From an uncultured Holophagales bacterium (GTDB lineage Bacteria; Acidobacteriota; Thermoanaerobaculia; UBA2201), in NCBI GenBank assembly GCA_964603505.1, contig CAZRVT010000009.1, forward strand, positions 309 through 64,308: a stretch of DNA of 64,000 nucleotides, given 5' to 3'. A program made the position numbers and the translations under genes. Each line of letters begins with the position of its first letter. Position 1 is the first letter of the stretch. This document shows, piece by piece, positions 1 through 9,136 of the stretch. Below the pieces are notes generated by a model. The model had not been told where the DNA came from, made no database searches, and was given only the letters and a program-made list of their open reading frames with translations.

Positions 1-694
1 GATCGTAGGCGTAGTCCGTGGTCCCTTGTCCTTGGTCCGTTGTCCTAACAAGGTGGGAGTCATAGTTCCACTCGTAGGTGGTGGTGCCGGAGAGATCGTC
101 TTTCGTGAGCATGTTGCCGGCGTTATCCCAGGTGTAGCTCGTCGTTGTCGTGCCTCGGACTTCGCTCAGTAGGCGGTTGGCATCGTCGTAGCCGTACGTG
201 GTGATGCCGTCTTTGTCGGTGAGGGTCTGCCGGTTTCCAGCGACGTCGTAGGTGAATTGCTCGAAGTTCGCCCAAGGATACGTCGCCTTGGTTAGGCGGT
301 ACGTTGAATCGTACTCGTAACTCGTGACTTGGTTGTCGCGGAGGGAGGTCATGCTGGTGCGGTTCCCCACGGCGTCCATCAAGTAGGAGTAGCCGTCAAT
401 GATGTCCCCTTGGTTGTTTTTGGTGATAAGGGACTTCAGGCGATACGCGTTGTCGTAGTCGTAGTAGGTCGTGAGGTTATTGGGATATTGCAGCGTCATC
501 CGCCGGTCCAGGGCGTTGTAGGTCCACTCGAAGGTCCCCGCCACCGGATCGGTCTGCTTGCTCAAGCGGTTCTTGGCGTCATAGATATACCGCGTCTCGC
601 CCTTCGGGCCCGGAATAATAGGGTCAGCCACCGTTTCTCTTTTTCTATTGTGCACTTGTGCCAAGAAACAGCTACCTATTTGAAGAAGCCCCAT
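1..694 (-). CDS. RHS/YD-repeat family protein fragment (partial; 3' part runs off the window start)
   Basis: Reverse-strand translation gives consecutive YD repeats: RYIYDAKNRL, YYDYDNAYRL, YEYDSTYRL, FTYDVAGNR, YGYDDANRL, YTWDNAGNM, YEWNYDSHL. It is absent from the ORF track because there is no stop in the window. Local GC (about 52-55%) is well below the window average. Start is uncertain: a possible ATG at 694, or the frame continues upstream into the neighbouring gene's end. Confidence 0.8.
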   Translation of the reverse strand, partial: MGLLQIGSCFLAQVHNRKRETVADPIIPGPKGETRYIYDAKNRLSKQTDPVAGTFEWTYNALDRRMTLQYPNNLTTYYDYDNAYRLKSLITKNNQGDIIDGYSYLMDAVGNRTSMTSLRDNQVTSYEYDSTYRLTKATYPWANFEQFTYDVAGNRQTLTDKDGITTYGYDDANRLLSEVRGTTTTSYTWDNAGNMLTKDDLSGTTTYEWNYDSHLVRTTDQGQGTTDYAYD

Positions 695-726
695 GGGATG
701 CCCGTCCCGGTGCACGCTGGTTCCTG

Positions 727-3700
727 TCACGGTTTCGCAATCCCTAACTCGCGCATCTGGTATCCCAGCGCCTGGGGCGTGATGCCCAACAGGGTGGCGG
801 CCTTCGGCCGGTCCCAGCCGCTCCGCTCCAGGGCCTGGACGATGACCTTCCGACGGTACTCCCGGATCAGCGCCTGATAGTTCCCCTCGATCTTCAACTC
901 GTCCCCCGGCGCCGGGGTGGGAGCCGGAGCGTGCCGGATGGAGAGGGGCTCCCCCTTCTGCACGTGGACCAGGCAGGCCAGGAGGAAGTTCTCCAGTTCG
1001 CGGACGTTGCCGCGCCACTCCTGCTCCATGAGGTAGGTGAGATACAGGGGATGCAGGTCCACCGGGGGGAGGTCGAAGAGGTGGCGGTTCTTCTCCACCA
1101 GGGCGCGCGCGATGAAGGGGATGTCTTCCCGCCGTTCCCGCAGGGGCGGCAGGTCGAGGGTGGCGACGGCGAGGCGGTAGAAGAGGTCCTCGCGGAACCG
1201 TCCCTCCCTGACCATGTCCTTGAGCGAGCGGTTGGTGGCGGTGACGAGGCGGAAGTCCACCTCGAACGACCGGGCGTCGCCGAGCCGCTGGATCCGCCGG
1301 TCGTTGAGGACCCGCAGGAGCTTGGCCTGCAGGGCGGGGGGAAGCTCGCCCACCTCGTCGAGGAAGAGGGTTCCCCCATGGGCGGCCTCGATGACGCCGG
1401 GACGGTCCATGAGGGCCCCGGTGAAGGCCCCCTTGCGCCACCCGAAGATCTCCCCCTCGAAGAGCGATTCGGGGATGGAGGCGCAGTTGACGGCGACGAA
1501 CGGGCCGCCGCGGCGGGGGGAGGCGCGGTGGAGGGCCTGGGCCAGCACCTCCTTGCCGCTCCCCGTTTCGCCGGTGATGTGAACGGGAATGGCGGCGCGG
1601 GCCACCTTTTGCGCTTCGTACACGACGAGGGCGCTCTTGGGGCAGGCATAGACGAACCCGTGGAACACCTGCGGCTCGCTGTGGGTGAGGACCTCGGGCC
1701 GCCGCACCGGGGCCTCCCCGAGGCGCGCCTGCAGGGTGAGCCCCCACACCTTCCAGAACTCCTCGGGAAGGAGCGAATAATGGGGCGCGGAGAGCGTGAG
1801 GACGCCGCCGCCAGGCAGTTCGAGCGCGCGCTTCTCGGTCAGGGTCCCGGCGGCGTAGACCTTCCCGCTGGGGAGGGTGATCGCGAAGGGGACGGGGCCG
1901 GCGTCGGGGTCGAACTCCTCGCGGGTGAGGAACTCGAACGCCTGCACGACCCCGACGTCCACCCGCGGCTGGGCCACCGCCTCCCAGCCGAGGGCCCCCC
2001 GCTCCTTGAGCAGGTCGAGCGCGCGCCGCAGGCGCGCCTGGGGGACCTTTCCCGGGTGGAACCGGTCCCACTCCAGGGCGAGGACGGCCGCGGGGATGGG
2101 GTTGGGCTCCGCGGCGAGGCGCTCCCACGCGGTCCAGTCCATCCCCTTCTCCGCCGTCACGAGGGGAAGGGGCGGGACCGGGCCGGGGCAGGCCTTCCGC
2201 AGGGCCCCCTGGCCGAGCAGACGCTCCCGGTCCGCGCGGTCCTGGGGGATATCGGCCCTCCATCCTTTGAGGTCCCGGAGGGCGGCGCGGTAGTCCTCCC
2301 GGTCCCCCCACTTGGCCAGTTCCGTCCTCAGGATGGGGACCTTGACCCCCCACGGGTGTGCCGAAAGGGGGATGCCGAGGGCCTCGATCTCCTCCAGGCG
2401 GGCGCGCACCTCCCGGTGGCTGCCCAACCAGTAATGGACCCGCGCCAACTGGACCAGGTCGAAAAAGAGGGCGTGGCGGTCGTCCCGCTCTCGGTCGGCG
2501 GCCGCCGCGGCCGTGAAGATGCGCTCCGCCTCGGCCAGATCCCCCTCCTGGAGGGCGATCTCGCCGAGGTTGAAGTACACCAGGTTGAGCTTGCGCTCGC
2601 TCCCGAGGTGGCGGGCCAGGGCCGCGGCCGAGGCGAAGGCCATGCGGGCCTCCCCGGGCCGATCCGACTCGTTGAGGATGACGCCCAGGTCGTTGAGGGC
2701 GAGAGCCTCCTGCCACAGCCAGCCGCGCGAGACGGCCTCCGCCAGCCAGCGGTGGGCCGCCTCCGCCGCGTCCTTCAGGCGCCCCAGGGTGTAGAAGAAG
2801 TAAGACAGGTATCGGTAGTATTGGCCCGCCACCGCTGGCGGGAGGTGCGGGAGGGCCTCCTGGCAGCGCGCCAGGAGGGCCATGGCCTCTTCCCGGTCCC
2901 CCTCGCTGGCTCGCAGGTCGGCCAGGGCAAGGGCGGCGAGGGCGCCCCACGGGGACCGCAGGTCGCCGGCGGCCCCTTCCAGGACCTGCCGGGCCTCCGC
3001 CGGCCGCCCGTCCCTTCGCAACCGCCGCGCCTCCAGGAGGGGGGCCGCGTCGGGGGCTTCGGGGGTCCGGTCGTCCGGACCGGTCATGCCCTCCCAACGG
3101 AGGAGGAACGCGGGGAGGGCCAGGTCGGGGTCGCCGGGACGCTCCGCGCTCAGGGGGGAGAACTTCTCGGCATCCCCCTGCCAGGCGGCGACGAGCGCCT
3201 CGCACCGCTCCGGTTCCTCCGCCCGGTCGAGCCGTTCCAGGACGCCGAACACATTCCCTTCGCGGGCCGACACGGTCAGGGCGTCCCGCTCCCGGGCCGC
3301 CGCGGCGGCGGGGTCGAGGAGCGCCTCCAGGGCGCGCCGCACGGGACCCGGCGGGTCCCCCCGTTCCAGCACCTCCCGCGCGACGGCGGGATCGGGAGGG
3401 GCGTCCGGGAGGGGACGGGCGGGCCACCACCGCTCCTCCCGGAGGAACGCCCACCCTTCGGCCTCCAGCGCCTCTCCCATCGGCGGCGCCAGGGCGGCCG
3501 CGGGCAGGGGGACCCCGGCCTCCGCCAGAAGGGCCCACCCCTTGCGCGCGGCGGGGGAGGGCGGCGGTGGTTGGACCGGATCGGGGGCGAGGTCGGACAC
3601 CAGTTCGCCGGGGAGGAGGCCCCGCCTCCGGCCCAGGGCCTGGAGCCGCGCGATAGCCTGGGAAGGGCCGAGCCCGGGCAGGTGGACCGTCTTGAGGAAG

Positions 3701-4431
3701 TGCGGCACGGTCAGGACCGGAAGGGCGAGGGTCCGGAACCCCTCCAGCGGCTTGCCGGGCCATCCCGTGACCGCAGCCTCCATTCCGGTGTGGGGGGCCA
3801 GGATCAGGAACTGGAGGATCCGCTCGAAGGTAGCCGGCTCGCAGGCCGAGGCGTGGGCGACGATCAAACAGCGCGCGCCCCGGGCGAGCTCGCCCTCCAT
3901 AGCCGCCCAGGCGGCCCCGGGCGCCTGGGAGAGGAGGGCGCAATCGACCAGGACGGCGGCTTTCCCGGCGGCCAGGGCGGCAAGATAGAAATACCGGGCC
4001 GCCGCCCCATGGCCCCGTTCCCCGTGGCTCTCCACGAGCACGCGCAGGGGGCGGTCGGCCGGCGGGTCCCAGGAAGGGGGGAAGGCCTCCTCCCACGCCG
4101 GAAGAGCGTCGGGGCCGGGTTCCCATCCTCCGAGGGACCAGGGGCCCCCGGCGTCCTCCCCATTTTCCATCCTCTTCCACCCGTCCCCGTCGCGTGCCAA
4201 GTCGGGGAGGGGCCCCTGCGCCGCGGAGGCGGCCGACGAGAACCCGAAGCCGAAAAAGCCCCAGGTCACCGCCAGGGCTTCCGGACCGGGGGAGGGGGTG
4301 AGGGGCGGAAGGTAGTGGAGCTCACCCGCGCCCTCCGCCCACCGGCCCCAGGCGAGGCGCGGCAGGAAGGGGGCGCGCACGGCGGGGAGCCGGCGGAACC
4401 AGCGGGGGGCGGCGGCCGCGGCCCGGATCAC
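727..4431 (-). CDS. Sigma-54-dependent Fis-family transcriptional activator with a very large N-terminal TPR-like/sensory region
   Basis: The C-terminal third has AAA+ sigma-54 interaction motifs: GETGSGKE (Walker A), GAFTGA, ESLFEGEIFG, NVRELEN. A Fis-type HTH sits at the extreme C-terminus. The N-terminal ~800 aa is a continuous ORF of helical repeat-like sequence. Its stop overlaps the next gene's start. Confidence 0.85.
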   Translation of the reverse strand: MIRAAAAAPRWFRRLPAVRAPFLPRLAWGRWAEGAGELHYLPPLTPSPGPEALAVTWGFFGFGFSSAASAAQGPLPDLARDGDGWKRMENGEDAGGPWSLGGWEPGPDALPAWEEAFPPSWDPPADRPLRVLVESHGERGHGAAARYFYLAALAAGKAAVLVDCALLSQAPGAAWAAMEGELARGARCLIVAHASACEPATFERILQFLILAPHTGMEAAVTGWPGKPLEGFRTLALPVLTVPHFLKTVHLPGLGPSQAIARLQALGRRRGLLPGELVSDLAPDPVQPPPPSPAARKGWALLAEAGVPLPAAALAPPMGEALEAEGWAFLREERWWPARPLPDAPPDPAVAREVLERGDPPGPVRRALEALLDPAAAAARERDALTVSAREGNVFGVLERLDRAEEPERCEALVAAWQGDAEKFSPLSAERPGDPDLALPAFLLRWEGMTGPDDRTPEAPDAAPLLEARRLRRDGRPAEARQVLEGAAGDLRSPWGALAALALADLRASEGDREEAMALLARCQEALPHLPPAVAGQYYRYLSYFFYTLGRLKDAAEAAHRWLAEAVSRGWLWQEALALNDLGVILNESDRPGEARMAFASAAALARHLGSERKLNLVYFNLGEIALQEGDLAEAERIFTAAAAADRERDDRHALFFDLVQLARVHYWLGSHREVRARLEEIEALGIPLSAHPWGVKVPILRTELAKWGDREDYRAALRDLKGWRADIPQDRADRERLLGQGALRKACPGPVPPLPLVTAEKGMDWTAWERLAAEPNPIPAAVLALEWDRFHPGKVPQARLRRALDLLKERGALGWEAVAQPRVDVGVVQAFEFLTREEFDPDAGPVPFAITLPSGKVYAAGTLTEKRALELPGGGVLTLSAPHYSLLPEEFWKVWGLTLQARLGEAPVRRPEVLTHSEPQVFHGFVYACPKSALVVYEAQKVARAAIPVHITGETGSGKEVLAQALHRASPRRGGPFVAVNCASIPESLFEGEIFGWRKGAFTGALMDRPGVIEAAHGGTLFLDEVGELPPALQAKLLRVLNDRRIQRLGDARSFEVDFRLVTATNRSLKDMVREGRFREDLFYRLAVATLDLPPLRERREDIPFIARALVEKNRHLFDLPPVDLHPLYLTYLMEQEWRGNVRELENFLLACLVHVQKGEPLSIRHAPAPTPAPGDELKIEGNYQALIREYRRKVIVQALERSGWDRPKAATLLGITPQALGYQMRELGIAKP

Positions 4432-5105
4432 CGCCCCCCCTCGGCGAGGAAGGCCGCGCGCTCGGTGTCCTGGAAGGCGGCCAGGCCCGTCACGCCGACC
4501 GCGCCCGCCTGAAGCGTAAAAGGGGAGTGGAAGTGTCCGAGGACGAGGGTGTCCACATCCGCGAGGGTTGCGGCAAAGGCGAGGATGTCCCCTTCGGGGA
4601 TGCGCCGCCGATATTTAAAGTTGGTCGCCCGAAGCCGCCGCTCGGCCCACCGGTAGAGGGGAAGGAGAAGGGGGCGAGGCAGGAGACGGGTGGCGGCGCA
4701 GGCGGCGCCGGACTTGGACACGGCTCTCCAGAGGCGGTAATTGCGGTCGCGCCGGTTGAGGCCGTCGCCGTGGAGGAACAGGAACCGGCTCCCGTCGTCG
4801 ATCCGCAGACGGGTGCCCACGGCGTCGAAGGCCTCCGCCAGGGCGGGGTCGCGGAGGAAGAAGTCGCGGTTCCCCTCGATGTAGGCGGTCCGGACGCCCG
4901 CCGCCTTCAGGGCCCGCACGGCGGCCAGGACCTCCTCCTGATCGGGCGTCCGCCAGCCGGGAAGGCCGATGAAGAAGCGGAACAGATCCCCCAGCACGAC
5001 GAAGTGGGCGGCGCCCCGCTCCCGCGCCTGGGCGCAGGCGCCGAGGAACGCCGGGAGGGTCCCGGGGCGCTCCCCGATGTGGGCGTCCGCCACCACCGCG
5101 ATCAT
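4428..5105 (-). CDS. LpxH-like calcineurin-type metallophosphoesterase (UDP-2,3-diacylglucosamine pyrophosphatase family)
   Basis: IAVVADAHIGE, VVLGDLFRFFIG and IEGNRDFF resemble the LpxH motifs (DxH, GDLFxxWIG, HGNRDF). There is a 4-nt ATGA-type overlap with the sigma-54 regulator start. Confidence 0.65.
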   Translation of the reverse strand: MIAVVADAHIGERPGTLPAFLGACAQARERGAAHFVVLGDLFRFFIGLPGWRTPDQEEVLAAVRALKAAGVRTAYIEGNRDFFLRDPALAEAFDAVGTRLRIDDGSRFLFLHGDGLNRRDRNYRLWRAVSKSGAACAATRLLPRPLLLPLYRWAERRLRATNFKYRRRIPEGDILAFAATLADVDTLVLGHFHSPFTLQAGAVGVTGLAAFQDTERAAFLAEGGR

Positions 5106-5356
5106 AGTCCCGGGAGGATGATGGGGCTCGCCTCCCGCTCCACGAGTTCGCGGGGGATGCGGACGAGGAGGAACACGTCCCGCTTCGCCGGGTCGCCGCG
5201 CAGGTTCTTCACTACCGCGTCGGGCACCGTCAACTTCAGCGCGCCGGGACGGTCGGCGGTGCCTCGGGTGGAGTCGGTGACCATCGTTTCCAGCGGGACC
5301 ACCTCCACGGCGTTGGGGAACTTCTCCAGAAACTCCTTCAGTTTTTTCGCTTCCAT
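5102..5356 (-). CDS. Small hypothetical protein (84 aa), operonic with the PP-loop ATPase and the LpxH-like gene
   Basis: It is the C-terminal part of track ORF 5102..6103. MEAKKLKEFLEKFPNAVEVVPLE... has a protein-like charged/hydrophobic composition, unlike the G/P-rich spurious upstream part. It overlaps both neighbours. Confidence 0.45.
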   Translation of the reverse strand: MEAKKLKEFLEKFPNAVEVVPLETMVTDSTRGTADRPGALKLTVPDAVVKNLRGDPAKRDVFLLVRIPRELVEREASPIILPGL

Positions 5357-6399
5357 ACGGTCTCCTTGGCGATGCGAAACGCCTCGACGGCCTCCTCGGG
5401 CAGGGGCGGCGCCGCCACCGTTTCCCGTTCCCCGCCCGGCCGCTCGACGGCCACGGTCACGGCTGTTCCGGGGGCGCGGGTGCAATACGAGGCCAGGATC
5501 CCCGCCGCCGTCCCCAGCTCGGCCGGGCCGGCGCCCGGCTCCAGGAGGGCGAAGGGGCCGGTGTGGCTCTCGGGGCGCAGGAGGATGAACCCCTCCCCCC
5601 GCTCCATAAGGAACTCGTTCTCCGACTCCTCGCGCCCCACGATGAGCTTGACCGCGGGGGAGAGGCGGAAATGGCGGCCGAACTTGAGGAGGAAGAAGTC
5701 CCGGTAGGGGACGTCGTCGATGGGGCGGTGGCGCACCAAGTCCAGAAAGCGCCACTTCAGATGGGGGTCGGTGAGGAAACAGCACCCCCCCGAGGGGGTG
5801 GGGTAGTCGGTCAGTCCGAACCGGGCCGCCAGCTCCATCTGCCGGATCCGCCGTCGTCCGGAGATGTCCAGCAGGCGCTCGCGGTCCACCTTCCCCTCCA
5901 GCTCGGCTCGGGTGGGCGGGAGTTGTTTGGCGCAGAGGGGCCGGACGATGAGCCCCTCCAGCCCGGCGGCCCGCTCGATCAGCTTCAGGGGGCGCGGCAT
6001 CTGGGTCATGGGGCGCTGGCCTAAGACCTCGCCGGTGAAGATGAAGTCCCACCCCTCCCTCTCCATGATGGCCCGGGCCTTCTGGAGCATGAAGATGCGG
6101 CAATCGATGCAGGGGTTGAATCCGGAGCCGTAGCCGTGCTTGGGGTGGCGCAGGATGCGCAGGTACTCCTCGCGGATGTCCACGATCTCCATGGGGATCT
6201 CGAAGGTGGAGGTGAACTTCCGGCCGTGGTGCACGGCCCGCTTCGCCCCCCGGCGAGGGACCCGCTGGGCCGCCTCCACCAGGCAGAAGCCGGTGTTGAA
6301 ATACAGCCCCCTGACTTCGATCCCCTGCTCCATCAGCAGGAGGGCGGCAAGGGAGGAATCAAGCCCTCCGGACAGGAGCCCCAAGGCCCTGACTTTCAT
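5338..6399 (-). CDS. PP-loop superfamily ATPase, ThiI-like tRNA sulfurtransferase type without THUMP domain
   Basis: SGGLDSS PP-loop motif near the N-terminus (MKVRALGLLSGGLDSS). NPCIDCRIFM and a downstream CCFL motif are reminiscent of ThiI. Start set at the MKVRALG ATG (6399) rather than the track start 6471. A TTGCCG-17-TACAAT promoter-like element lies immediately upstream. Confidence 0.7.
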   Translation of the reverse strand: MKVRALGLLSGGLDSSLAALLLMEQGIEVRGLYFNTGFCLVEAAQRVPRRGAKRAVHHGRKFTSTFEIPMEIVDIREEYLRILRHPKHGYGSGFNPCIDCRIFMLQKARAIMEREGWDFIFTGEVLGQRPMTQMPRPLKLIERAAGLEGLIVRPLCAKQLPPTRAELEGKVDRERLLDISGRRRIRQMELAARFGLTDYPTPSGGCCFLTDPHLKWRFLDLVRHRPIDDVPYRDFFLLKFGRHFRLSPAVKLIVGREESENEFLMERGEGFILLRPESHTGPFALLEPGAGPAELGTAAGILASYCTRAPGTAVTVAVERPGGERETVAAPPLPEEAVEAFRIAKETVWKRKN

Positions 6400-6405
6400 G
6401 GAGTT

Positions 6406-6434
6406 ATTGTAACCTATTCCCCGGCGGGCGGCAA
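6406..6434 (-). promoter_or_regulatory. Sigma-70-like promoter (TTGCCG-17 nt-TACAAT) 6 nt upstream of the PP-loop ATPase ATG; the transcript would be leaderless or nearly so
   Basis: Read on the minus strand: -35 TTGCCG, 17-nt spacer, -10 TACAAT, then aactcc ATG. Confidence 0.4.
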
Positions 6435-6494
6435 AAAGCGCGGCGAACGGTCCGCCGCCCTTTCGGGCCATCTAATTATGGTAAAATTGCCGGA

Positions 6495-7193
6495 ATGCAA
6501 ATCCGCTGCATGGCGGTGGTATGCCTGATGGCGGCCACCCTGCTCCCCGGCTACGAGGACCGGGTCATCTCCAAAGCGTCGCAGTACGCCCCGCAGGATC
6601 TGAAGCTCCTTTTCCGAAGCTTCGAGGAGGACTTCCGCCGCGGCCTTACGAAGCCGCCGGCGGCCACACCGGAAGCCCTGGACCGTCAGATTGCGGGGCT
6701 GATCCAGCGGATCAAGCGGCAGGAGCCGATGGCGCTCGTGGTGGAGGACCTCTCGGCCGTGGCCCGGGGGACGGTGCGGCTGCTGGATCCCGCCCTCGAC
6801 GGCCGGGCGGACCCCCTCGCCTCCCACATCCGGAAGGACTTCCCCCGGTACATGGAGCGGCGGCTGACCCGGTTCCCCGTCGTTTTCTACGGCTTCGACG
6901 GCCGCCTCCTGCGAGGGGACGCCCTCGGCTTCCTCCAAGAGAATCGGCGCGAAGTCACGCCGCTGGCCCAGCTCCTGCGGCAGGACTACTCGCGGACGGG
7001 CCAGTGGGCCGACTTCACCGCCTTCGACGACCAGAGCACCGCCTTCGGCGTGGCCCAGGTCACCGCCAACCGCGCCTTCTCGGCCGTCCTCAACATCTGG
7101 TACTATGTCTGGACACGGGGAGGCGGGCGGTGGGGCCCCCTCAAACCGGCGCTCAATACAGAAAGGGTATGGCTCTTCGGCTATGGCTATTAA
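6495..7193 (+). CDS. Hypothetical protein with an N-terminal hydrophobic/signal-like segment
   Basis: MAVVCLMAATLLPG is followed by a protein-like sequence (RIKRQEPMALVVEDLSAVARG...). The antisense ORF 6414..7400 is G/P-rich junk. The end overlaps the purH start by 10 nt. Confidence 0.5.
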   Translation: MQIRCMAVVCLMAATLLPGYEDRVISKASQYAPQDLKLLFRSFEEDFRRGLTKPPAATPEALDRQIAGLIQRIKRQEPMALVVEDLSAVARGTVRLLDPALDGRADPLASHIRKDFPRYMERRLTRFPVVFYGFDGRLLRGDALGFLQENRREVTPLAQLLRQDYSRTGQWADFTAFDDQSTAFGVAQVTANRAFSAVLNIWYYVWTRGGGRWGPLKPALNTERVWLFGYGY

Positions 7194-8721
7194 GATCAGG
7201 ACCGCCCTCCTCTCCACCCACTCCAAGAACGGGCTCCCCGATTTCGCCAAGTTCCTCCACGAGCGGGGGGTTACCCTCATCTCCACCGGGGGGACGGCCG
7301 CCTTCATCGAGCGGCTGGGCATTCCGGTGCGGAAGGTCTCCGACCTAACCGGCTTTCCCGAGATCCTCGGAGGCCGGGTCAAGACCCTCCACCCGGCCAT
7401 TCACGGCGGCATCCTGGCGGACACCCGGAACGCCGGCCACCTGGAGGAGCTCAAGCGCCACGGCATCGACAAGATCGACCTCGTCGTGGTGAACCTCTAC
7501 CCCTTCAAGGACGTCATCGCCAGCCGGTGCACCTTGGCGGAGGCCATCGAAAACATCGACATCGGAGGCGTGGCCCTCCTGCGGGCGGCGGCTAAGAACT
7601 ACCACTCCACGGCGGTCATCGTGGAGACCGAGGACTACGGCGCCATTCTCAAGGCGATCGAGGAGGAGGGGGGTGTCCCGCCCGATCTCGCCCAGCGCCT
7701 CGCGGTGAAGGCCTTCACCCACACCAGCGCCTACGACGCCGCCATCGCCCGCTACCTCCGCTCCCAGATGGAGGGGGAGGCGTTCCCCGAGGTCCTCCAG
7801 TGGACCCTCGAACGGGCCATGACGCTCCGCTACGGCGAAAACCCGCACCAGCCGGCCGCCCTCTACCGCCTCGAGCAGGGACGCGGCGGGCTCCACATGC
7901 TCCACCAGCACCAGGGGAAGGAGCTCTCGTTCAACAACCTCCTCGACATCGACAGCGCCCTCCGCATCGTCTCCGCCTTCAAGCGCCCGGCCTGCGTCAT
8001 CGTCAAGCACAACAGCCCGTGCGGCGTCGCCGTCGGGGCGACGGCCGAGGAGGCCTTCGCCAAGGCGTGGGCCTGCGACCCCAAGAGCGCCTTCGGCGGC
8101 ATCATCGCCTTCAACGCCCGGGTCGAGGGCGCCGTGGCCGAGGCTATCGTCCCCAACTTCATCGAGGTGGTCGTGGCTCCCGAATACGATCGGGCCGCCC
8201 TCGAGATCTTCAAGCCCAAGAAGAACGTCCGCGTCGTCACCCTCCCCGTCGAGGGGCCCCGCGCCGGGTGGGACTTCAAGCGCGTCGACGGCGGCGTCCT
8301 GGTCCAGGAGTGGGACGCCCACGAGGAGAACCTCCGCGGCGCGACCGTGGTCACCCGTCGGGCGCCGACGGAGGCCGAATGGGCCGACCTGGAGTTCGCC
8401 TGGGAGGTGGTCAAGGGGGTCAAGTCGAACGCGGTCATTTACGCCCGCGGGGGACAAACGGTGGCCCTCGGGTGCGGCCAGACCTCGCGGGTGGACGCGG
8501 CGCTCAACGCCCCTCAGAAGGCGGTCCTGCCGTTGGAGGGGAGCGTGGTGGCCTCCGACGGCTTCTTCCCCTTCCCCGACAACATCGAGGCCATCGCGGC
8601 CGCCAAGGCCACCGCCGTCGTGCAGCCGGGCGGCAGCATCAAGGACAAGGCCGTCATCGCGGCCGCCGACCGTTTCGGCCTGGCCATGGTGTTTACCGGC
8701 TGCCGGCACTTCCGGCACTGA
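7184..8721 (+). CDS. purH: Bifunctional AICAR formyltransferase / IMP cyclohydrolase
   Basis: [18 protein letters not shown]...GGTAAFIE...[10 protein letters not shown] and the full-length match to the PurH architecture. Start taken at the [10 protein letters not shown] rather than track start 7105. Confidence 0.95.
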
Positions 8722-8728
8722 TCCTCCC

Positions 8729-9136
8729 ATGAAGGCCCGCCGCGTCCCCGTGGTTCTGCGCTTCGCCGACGGCCGGATGGAGAAGTGCTTCGTGAGCCCC
8801 TACTTCTCCCACAGCCTCCGGGTGGTCCAGGTCATCCGCGAGGACCGGTCGGTCGTCACCCATCCCATCGAGTCGCTCAAGGCGGTCTTCTTCGTCCGCG
8901 ACCTGGACGGCCGGGGCCACCCGCGAGGGCACTGGAAGGAGGAAGACCCCGAGGCCCTCAAGGCCGGTCGGGCGGTGGTGGTGCACTTCGCCGACGGCGA
9001 GCGCATCCGCGGGAGGGTGCTGGGCGACCCTGGGCAGGGGGCGGGCTTCTTTGTCTACCCCACCGAGCCCGGGTCCAATAACCTCAAGGTCTTCGTGGTC
9101 CGCGCCTCGACCACGGCCGTGGAAACCGAGGCATGA
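8729..9136 (+). CDS. Small protein with two tandem Sm-like strand motifs (paralog A of a three-member family in this window)
   Basis: Two repeats of the pattern V-x-V-x-F-x-DG-x-x-x-x-G/C-x-V: [15 protein letters not shown] and [17 protein letters not shown], plus GFFVYP and NNLKVFVV. It shares the motif architecture of the proteins at 40633..41058 and 39210..39590. Confidence 0.6.
   Translation: MKARRVPVVLRFADGRMEKCFVSPYFSHSLRVVQVIREDRSVVTHPIESLKAVFFVRDLDGRGHPRGHWKEEDPEALKAGRAVVVHFADGERIRGRVLGDPGQGAGFFVYPTEPGSNNLKVFVVRASTTAVETEA

Noticed and set aside
931-4512. 1193-aa plus-strand ORF
   Set aside because: It is antisense to the sigma-54 activator, whose AAA+ motifs are unambiguous. The product is G/E/R/P-rich low-complexity sequence, typical of GC-rich antisense frames.
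6414-7400. 328-aa minus-strand ORF
   Set aside because: It overlaps a protein-like plus-strand ORF and the purH start. The composition is P/G/R-rich.
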